A stretch of DNA of 44,578 nucleotides from Gemmatimonadota bacterium (GTDB lineage: Bacteria; Gemmatimonadota; Gemmatimonadetes; Gemmatimonadales; GWC2-71-9). Position numbers and translations under genes: made by a program. Of this stretch, positions 37,481 through 44,578 are shown in pieces (within the stretch, counting starts at the first letter, position 1; every line of letters begins with the position of its first letter). Below the pieces are notes generated by a model, which was not told the origin of the DNA, did not search any database, and saw nothing but the letters and a program-made list of their open reading frames with translations. The stretch spans positions 21,795 to 66,372 of the forward strand of contig JADFPO010000002.1 of assembly GCA_022562295.1 (NCBI GenBank), written 5' to 3'.

Positions 37481-38910
37481 CCTCGCTCGAAACCCAAGTC
37501 AACGAGCCGTACAAGTACGGCTGGGTCACGGATATCGATACCGATACGCTGCCGGCCGGACTCAACGAAGACACGGTTCGCAGCATTTCGCTCAAGAAGC
37601 AAGAACCCGATTTCATGTTGCAATGGCGGCTCAGGGCCTATCGCCACTGGTTAAAGATGACGGAGCCCAGTTGGTCCAACGTGCGGTATCCGCCGATCGA
37701 CTACCAAGCGATCAGCTACTATGCGGCTCCCAAGCCGAAGAAGCAGTTGGACAGTCTCGACGAGGTAGACCCGGAGGTTCTCAAGACGTTCGAGAAGCTG
37801 GGGATCCCCCTCTCGGAGCAGAAGCGGTTGTCCGGGGTGGCGGTGGATGCCATCTTCGACAGCGTTTCGGTGGCGACGACCTTCAAGGACACACTGGCGG
37901 AGTACGGTGTGATTTTCTGCCCGTTTTCGGAAGCGGTTCGCGAGCACCCGGAGTTGGTCGAGAAGTATTTGGGTTCGGTAGTTCCGTACAACGACAATTT
38001 CTTCGCAGCGCTCAACTCAGCGGTCTTTTCCGACGGCTCGTTCTGTTACATCCCCAAGGGCGTTCGTTGCCCTCTGGAACTGTCGACGTATTTCCGCATG
38101 AACGCCGAGGGGTCAGGACAGTTCGAGCGGACGCTGATCGTGGCTGAAGAGTCTGCCTACGTCAGCTATCTGGAGGGGTGCTCGGCTCCGATGCGGGACG
38201 AGAACCAACTCCACGCGGCGGTGGTGGAGCTGATTACCATGGACAATGCCCAGATCAAGTACTCGACTGTGCAGAACTGGTATCCGGGTGACAAGGATGG
38301 AAAAGGCGGCGTGTTCAACTTCGTCACCAAGCGGGGAAAATGCCTCGGGGTGAATTCGAAGATCTCGTGGACGCAGGTGGAGACCGGTTCTGCTATCACG
38401 TGGAAATATCCGAGCTGCATCCTGCAGGGTGACGGTTCGGTGGGTGAGTTCTATTCGGTAGCGGTGACGAACAATCACCAGCAGGCCGACACCGGCACCA
38501 AAATGATACACATCGGTAACAACACCAAGAGCACCATCGTGTCAAAGGGAATCTCGGCCGGTTTCGGTCAGAACACGTACCGCGGCCAGGTGAAGATCAT
38601 GAAGGGTGCGAAGAACGCGCGAAACTATTCCCAGTGCGACTCGATGCTCCTCGGGGACAAGTGCGGTGCGCACACGTTTCCCTACATTGACGTTCGCAAC
38701 AGCACGGCGGTCATGGAACATGAGGCGACGACGTCCAAGGTTGGCGAGGAGCAGATTTTCTATTGCCAACAGCGCGGGCTGTCAGCCGAAGAAGCGGTTT
38801 CGCTCATCGTGAACGGGTTCTGCAAAGAGGTCTTTCGGGAACTGCCCATGGAGTTTGCCGTCGAGGCGCAGAAACTCCTGGGCGTCACGCTCGAGGGCAG
38901 CGTAGGCTGA
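37477..38910 (+). CDS. sufB: Fe-S cluster assembly protein SufB
   Basis: [46 protein letters not shown]. Confidence 0.98.
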   Translation: MTSLETQVNEPYKYGWVTDIDTDTLPAGLNEDTVRSISLKKQEPDFMLQWRLRAYRHWLKMTEPSWSNVRYPPIDYQAISYYAAPKPKKQLDSLDEVDPEVLKTFEKLGIPLSEQKRLSGVAVDAIFDSVSVATTFKDTLAEYGVIFCPFSEAVREHPELVEKYLGSVVPYNDNFFAALNSAVFSDGSFCYIPKGVRCPLELSTYFRMNAEGSGQFERTLIVAEESAYVSYLEGCSAPMRDENQLHAAVVELITMDNAQIKYSTVQNWYPGDKDGKGGVFNFVTKRGKCLGVNSKISWTQVETGSAITWKYPSCILQGDGSVGEFYSVAVTNNHQQADTGTKMIHIGNNTKSTIVSKGISAGFGQNTYRGQVKIMKGAKNARNYSQCDSMLLGDKCGAHTFPYIDVRNSTAVMEHEATTSKVGEEQIFYCQQRGLSAEEAVSLIVNGFCKEVFRELPMEFAVEAQKLLGVTLEGSVG

Positions 38911-38948
38911 TCGATCGCACCAGAAAAGTCCAATCGGAGAACCAAACT

Positions 38949-39704
<756 letters not shown>

Positions 39705-39707
39705 CCG

Positions 39708-41054
39708 ATGCCGTCCACACAAACCGCGGACGAGACCGCCCCGTACCTGGCTCAATTCGAAGCCGTTGCGGCGAATGGCGCCTCGGCTGTGCCGGCGTGG
39801 CTGAAGCAGCTGCGCGAGCAGGCCATACAGCAGTTTGTCGCACTCGGCTTTCCGACGACACGGGACGAGAGGTGGCGGTTCACCAGCTTGAAGTCGTTGG
39901 CGGCGGTGAACTTCACTCTGCCGAAACATCGCGATGACGTGACGCCCGAGTCACTCCAGCAGTATCTCCTTCCCGGCGATAAGGGCGTGCGCTTGGTGTT
40001 CGTGAACGGCGCTTTCGTCGAATCACTCTCTACGGTCCCGGAACTTCCCACCGGTTGTACGGTGGGGAGTCTGGCTGGCGCCTTCGACAGCGATGTGGTG
40101 CGCGAGCACCTCGGGCGTACCGCGCCCGACGGAGACAATCCGTTCACCGCTCTGAACACGGCGTTTGCCAACGACGGCGCGTTTGTCCATCTGCCGCCCG
40201 ATGTCGTGTTGGAGCGGCCGGTGCAGATCCTGTTCGTTTCCACCCCCCAGGATCAACCGGCCATGTCCCACCCGCGGAACCTGTTTATCCTGGAGCGAGG
40301 TGCCAGTGCCGAGTTTGTGGAATCGTACGTGGGTCTAACCGACGGTTCTTATCTCACCAACACCGTTACGGAAATCATCGTGGCAGACGGTGCACGGGCC
40401 GATTGCTACCGTGTGCAGCGCGAGAGCAAGAGTGCGTATCACATCGCCACGACGAATTCGCAGCTGGGGAAAGACAGCCGATTTGGTCTCACGTCGGTGA
40501 CGCTTGGCGCCGCCCTCTCGCGGCATGACATCTCGATGTCGATGCAGGGTGAAGGGGGAGACGGAACGCTAAACGGGCTGTACTTGGTGGATGAAAAACA
40601 ACACGTGGACCACAGCACCGTGATAGAGCACGCGGTGCCGCACTGCGACAGCCACGAGTATTTCAATGGCATCCTGGACGGTCATTCCCGTGCGGTGTTC
40701 AGCGGCAAGATCATCGTACGTCCGGACGCGCAGAAAACCGACTCGAAACAAACCAACAACAACCTCCTGTTGTCCGAGTGGGCCCGGGCAGACAGTCAGC
40801 CGCAGCTCGAGATCTACGCCGACGACGTGCGGTGTACGCACGGTGCCACGCTGGGCCCGCTCGACGAGGACGCCATTTTCTACCTTCAGAGCCGCGGCCT
40901 GAACGCCCTGGCCGCGAGAGCTCTGCTCACTCGTGGATTTGGCGACGAGATCCTAAAACGCGTCGCCATTCCGGACCTTCGGGGGCAGCTAGAGGTCCTC
41001 CTGAAGAATTGGCTGGACCGCGGCGAACAGGGGCAGGGGCGCCTCTCCCCATGA
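39708..41054 (+). CDS. sufD: Fe-S cluster assembly protein SufD
   Basis: E.WRFT, AQKTD..Q.N.NLLL, PQLEIYADDV.C.HGAT, FYL.SRG. Confidence 0.96.
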   Translation: MPSTQTADETAPYLAQFEAVAANGASAVPAWLKQLREQAIQQFVALGFPTTRDERWRFTSLKSLAAVNFTLPKHRDDVTPESLQQYLLPGDKGVRLVFVNGAFVESLSTVPELPTGCTVGSLAGAFDSDVVREHLGRTAPDGDNPFTALNTAFANDGAFVHLPPDVVLERPVQILFVSTPQDQPAMSHPRNLFILERGASAEFVESYVGLTDGSYLTNTVTEIIVADGARADCYRVQRESKSAYHIATTNSQLGKDSRFGLTSVTLGAALSRHDISMSMQGEGGDGTLNGLYLVDEKQHVDHSTVIEHAVPHCDSHEYFNGILDGHSRAVFSGKIIVRPDAQKTDSKQTNNNLLLSEWARADSQPQLEIYADDVRCTHGATLGPLDEDAIFYLQSRGLNALAARALLTRGFGDEILKRVAIPDLRGQLEVLLKNWLDRGEQGQGRLSP

Positions 41055-42322
41055 GTGTCGCGCAGGTTTCGTCGACCCACGAGCGTCTGGAGCGAGCCGC
41101 GTCCGTATTCGATGTCCAGCGAGTGCGGCGTGACTTCCCGATTCTCGGTACGAGCGTCAACGGCAAGCCGCTGGTGTATCTCGATAACGCGGCCACGGCG
41201 CAAAAGCCGCAGGCCGTCATCGATGCCGTCAGTCGATACTACGCCAATGACAACGCTAACATCCATCGCGGTGTGCACTACCTCAGCGAGCGGGCGACTG
41301 CCGCCTATGAAGACGTGCGGAGGCGGGCGCAGGTGTTCCTTGGAGCCGGGGAGGCACGCGAAGTCGTCTTTGTGCGCGGGACGACCGATGCGATCAACCT
41401 CGTAGCGCACAGCTACGTGCGACCGCGGCTGGAAGCCGGCGACGAGGTAGTGATTTCTGCCATGGAGCATCACTCCAACATCGTCCCTTGGCAGCTGGCG
41501 TGTGGGGAGCGGGGGGCACGACTACGCGTGGTGCCGATGACCCAGGCCGGCGAATTGATGCTCGACGCGTATGAAGAGCTGTTGAACGACCGTACCAAGA
41601 TGGTCGCACTCGGTCACATCTCGAACGCGCTCGGCACCGTGAATCCGATTAAGGAAATGGTTCGGACAGCGAAAGAGCGTGGAATTCCCGTTCTCGTCGA
41701 TGGCGCCCAGGCGGCGCCGCACCTGACGATCGACGTGAGTGACCTGGGGTGCGACTTCTACGCCGTGTCGGGGCACAAGATGTTCGGACCCACCGGAACC
41801 GGGCTGCTGTACGGTCGGGCTGAGTTGCTCGAGGCGATGTCACCGTATCAGGGTGGAGGTGACATGATTGAAACCGTCAGCTTCGAGCGCAGTACGTACG
41901 CTCGGATCCCAGCGAAATTCGAGGCCGGCACCCCGAATATCGCCGGCGTCGTGGGTCTTGGTGCAGCCATCGACTACCTCCTGTCGATCGGCCGAGCGTC
42001 GATAGCGAAGTATGAAAGCGAGTTGTTGCAATACGCCGTCGAGGCAATCGGCGGTGTCGAAGGAATTCGCTTGGTCGGCACTCCGCGGGAACGCGCCGGA
42101 GTGGTCTCGTTCCTGATGGAAGGGATTCATCCGCACGACGTCGGCACGATCGTCGATCAGGAAGGTGTCGCGATTCGGACGGGGCATCACTGCGCGCAGC
42201 CGGTGATGGATTTTTACGGGATCGCCGCGACGGCCCGGGCATCCTTCGCCTTCTACAATACCAGAGAAGAGGTCGACTCGCTTGTGACGGCACTGGGCAA
42301 GACGCACGAGTTATTCGGGTGA
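41051..42322 (+). CDS. sufS: Cysteine desulfurase SufS
   Basis: YLDNAATAQKP, EHHSN, DGAQ, SGHK (PLP Lys), RTGHHCA. ATGA overlap with sufD. Confidence 0.97.
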   Translation: MSVAQVSSTHERLERAASVFDVQRVRRDFPILGTSVNGKPLVYLDNAATAQKPQAVIDAVSRYYANDNANIHRGVHYLSERATAAYEDVRRRAQVFLGAGEAREVVFVRGTTDAINLVAHSYVRPRLEAGDEVVISAMEHHSNIVPWQLACGERGARLRVVPMTQAGELMLDAYEELLNDRTKMVALGHISNALGTVNPIKEMVRTAKERGIPVLVDGAQAAPHLTIDVSDLGCDFYAVSGHKMFGPTGTGLLYGRAELLEAMSPYQGGGDMIETVSFERSTYARIPAKFEAGTPNIAGVVGLGAAIDYLLSIGRASIAKYESELLQYAVEAIGGVEGIRLVGTPRERAGVVSFLMEGIHPHDVGTIVDQEGVAIRTGHHCAQPVMDFYGIAATARASFAFYNTREEVDSLVTALGKTHELFG

Positions 42323-42774
42323 CGTTTGAGCTGAGGGAGCTGTATCAGCAAACCATTCTCGACCACAATCGAGCGCCCCGAAATTTCAGGGTAGTGGAGG
42401 GTGCGAATCGCGTGGCGGAGGGTTACAACCCGCTGTGCGGCGACAAGCTCAAAGTGTCCCTACGTGTCGATGACGCCGACGTGATCGAAGATGTCGGGTT
42501 TGTAGGGTCGGGATGTGCGATCTCCAAGGCTGCTGCCTCTCTCATGACCGAGGCAGTGAAAGGAAAAACGACAAAGCAGGCAGAGGACATTTTCGAGGAC
42601 TTCCACCGCATGGTCACCGACGCCGGCTATGAACCAGACCGCAAGAAGTTGGGCAAACTGCTGGCCTTTTCCGGTGTAAAGCAGTTTCCGGCTCGTGTAA
42701 AGTGCGCCAGCCTTCCCTGGCATACGCTGAAGGCGGCTATCGAGAGCGCCAATGTCCCCGTTTCCACCGAGTGA
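42319..42774 (+). CDS. sufU: SufU (NifU/IscU-like SUF protein)
   Basis: LYQ..ILDH, NPLCGD, G.GCAIS.A, P.RVKCA.L.W. Confidence 0.95.
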   Translation: MTFELRELYQQTILDHNRAPRNFRVVEGANRVAEGYNPLCGDKLKVSLRVDDADVIEDVGFVGSGCAISKAAASLMTEAVKGKTTKQAEDIFEDFHRMVTDAGYEPDRKKLGKLLAFSGVKQFPARVKCASLPWHTLKAAIESANVPVSTE

Positions 42775-43103
42775 GTACCGACATCGACTATCAGCGTGTC
42801 GCCGATGAGAGCAGTCTGGCTGACGGGGGCCTCTTGTCTGTCTCTCTAGATGGCGGTGAGCGCGTGTGCCTGGCCCGCGTCGGGGGAGAGGTTTTCGCGG
42901 TGCGCGACCGATGCACCCATGCCGAGTTTCCTCTGTCCGATGGTAGCCTCGATGACGAGTATCAGCTGGAGTGTTGCCTACACGGTGCGGTCTTCGATGT
43001 CCGCGACGGAAGCGTGACGGGTCCACCGGCGGAGGATCCGGTCACGACGTACGCGGTGAAGGTGGAGGATGGAGGTATATGGGTGGGGCCACCAAAGGGA
43101 TGA
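42771..43103 (+). CDS. Rieske [2Fe-2S] ferredoxin
   Basis: CTH...C.LHG..FD...G motifs. GTGA overlap with sufU. Confidence 0.92.
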   Translation: MSTDIDYQRVADESSLADGGLLSVSLDGGERVCLARVGGEVFAVRDRCTHAEFPLSDGSLDDEYQLECCLHGAVFDVRDGSVTGPPAEDPVTTYAVKVEDGGIWVGPPKG

Positions 43104-43126
43104 TGACCTAGGTCTCCGTGCGAGGG

Positions 43127-43810
43127 CTAGATCATCGTCCGGCGGCAGTGTTCGGCAATCTCCAGCAGTTCATTACGAGAAATGGGGGCAACGAGCGCTC
43201 GAGTGTCGCCGCCTTGACTCCACATCACGATTCGCTGGCCGCGCGCTGACCAGGTGACCATAGAATCTCCCGCCGCTGCGAACCTGCTCATCACGTCGTG
43301 CGGTATCGTCATGTACGTGAGGGGTGCGTCGTTTAGAATATATTCGATCGCTACTCCCCGGATTCCCCCGACGTAAGCCAGCCGCCCCCCCTTGAGTTCC
43401 GCGTTTGGAATCGCCGGAACATCGAGGTCGTGATTCACTCGGGCCTCCAGCCACGTGCGCAGTGCGGTTGGATCGTTGGTTTGGAGAGTTGCTTCTCCCG
43501 TCACGTTATTCAGCGCGATATCAAACCACGGCGTGTCGTCACGAACCGGAGCTAGATTCGGGGCAGCGAGCCAAATGGTCAGCGCCGCAGCAGCCGAAAC
43601 CAGAGCACCGCCAAACCCAGCCGCAAGCAGATCCCACCGGAAACGGCGTCGTGTGTCGAGTTGCTCGGCGGCGAGGTCCGCGAAGACCTGGTCTCGGAGT
43701 CGCTGGGGTGCGCGTTGCGTCTCAGCGATCTTTCGGAGGCGGTCCGCTAGACGCCTGTCGAGCGGGTCCGCAAAATGGGATTCGGAGCCGGGATGTTTGG
43801 GCTTCATCAT
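43127..43810 (-). CDS. Transmembrane anti-sigma-factor-like protein
   Basis: N-terminal 'AP..LR..V' helix, one TM, periplasmic 'L..W....... L.GGR...Y...W' pattern typical of putative anti-sigma factors. Confidence 0.65.
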   Translation of the reverse strand: MMKPKHPGSESHFADPLDRRLADRLRKIAETQRAPQRLRDQVFADLAAEQLDTRRRFRWDLLAAGFGGALVSAAAALTIWLAAPNLAPVRDDTPWFDIALNNVTGEATLQTNDPTALRTWLEARVNHDLDVPAIPNAELKGGRLAYVGGIRGVAIEYILNDAPLTYMTIPHDVMSRFAAAGDSMVTWSARGQRIVMWSQGGDTRALVAPISRNELLEIAEHCRRTMI

Positions 43811-43899
43811 CGTTTATACGCTTGCTTACAAGAAACCGACTACTGCTCGTTCGCGTGAGAGCTTCCCGTTGATCCCAGAGTTTCCCGCCGTATCAGGCG

Positions 43900-43925
43900 A
43901 ACCTCGTAGCAGCGGAAAAAGTTCC
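43900..43925 (-). promoter_or_regulatory. ECF-sigma-type promoter upstream of the anti-sigma-like gene
   Basis: Minus strand GGAAC(43925-43921)-N18-GTT(43902-43900). Confidence 0.5.
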
Positions 43926-44212
43926 CAGCAACAGGGTGCCGCGTACGGCTAGCTGAGGCGCCGGTATTTCGGGCGATGTCAGGGCCGTTGGCCGAAAAGA
44001 CAACCCCGCTGTACGAAGCACTATGGGGTTCGTGAGGGAGGATCTCGAATTCGGTGCAATCGCATCTTAGTAGTTAGTGCTACTACCATACGCCCGCCTA
44101 TGATCGAACGATGTGAGAGCACGGTGGAGTTGTTTGCGAGGGCGCCGCGTCGCGCGCTCCGTGCTATGTTTTTGTTCCGTGGGCGAGCTGGCACGGAGAA
44201 GGTCCGAGAAGA

Positions 44213-44578
44213 ATGACAGATTTCGATGTAATCGTGATCGGCGGCGGGCACGCTGGCGCGGAGGCTGCATGTGCCGCGTCACGCCTTGGTGCCGAGGTGC
44301 TTCTTTTGACATCGGCCCTCGAGACGGTGGGCCAGATGTCGTGCAACCCGGCCATTGGTGGGGTGGCCAAGGGCACGGTCGTGAGAGAAGTAGACGCCTT
44401 GGGCGGGATCATGGGCCGTGCTACGGATCGATCGACCATTCAGTTCCGCATGTTGAATCGATCGAAGGGACCGGCGGTCTGGTCGCCGCGGGCGCAATGT
44501 GATCGCGGTCTGTACCGCCGCGCGGTTCGTGCTCTTCTCGAGCAACACGAACATCTGTATCTCATGCAAGGCACCGCT
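44213..44578 (+). CDS. mnmG: tRNA uridine 5-carboxymethylaminomethyl modification enzyme MnmG (5' part, runs off window; absent from ORF track)
   Basis: [19 protein letters not shown]...[13 protein letters not shown]...EVDALGG...[17 protein letters not shown]. Confidence 0.97.
   Translation, partial: MTDFDVIVIGGGHAGAEAACAASRLGAEVLLLTSALETVGQMSCNPAIGGVAKGTVVREVDALGGIMGRATDRSTIQFRMLNRSKGPAVWSPRAQCDRGLYRRAVRALLEQHEHLYLMQGTA

Noticed and set aside
44067-44090. CIRCE (HrcA) element
   Set aside because: Only a partial half-site (AGTGCTA) is present, with no TTAGCACTC-N9-GAGTGCTAA.

Overview
GC-rich bacterial chromosomal segment that contains the replication origin. Gene content suggests Gemmatimonadota, but this is inference only. 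Left of the origin: ddl (3' end), a rhomboid protease, a DUF2268-like protein and the minus-strand rpmH-rnpA-yidD-yidC-mnmE cluster. The origin itself is dnaA-oriC-dnaN, with six perfect DnaA-trios but only degenerate DnaA boxes. recF-gyrB do not follow dnaN; instead there is a convergent three-gene unit of unknown function downstream of the RNase P RNA gene rnpB. Further right: an AraC-like regulator, pyrE, a Ser/Thr kinase, Slt plus a polyprenol-kinase-like gene, csp, polA, a pilin-like gene, MMPL, proteases/hydrolases, sufT, rnd, thiC with a TPP riboswitch, repair glycosylases, an atypical peptide deformylase, the sufR-B-C-D-S-U-Rieske operon, an orphan anti-sigma-like gene and the 5' end of mnmG. 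I saw no mobile element, CRISPR array, tRNA or rRNA. The window is mostly housekeeping and I cannot claim a clearly new multi-gene system. The best leads are non-coding: a palindrome TAGTAG-N6-CTACTA present twice, an AT-rich island with DnaA boxes and an IHF-like site about 19 kb from oriC, a probable CTG start for rnpA, and an ECF-type promoter before the orphan anti-sigma gene. Several proteins also have altered catalytic or processing motifs.
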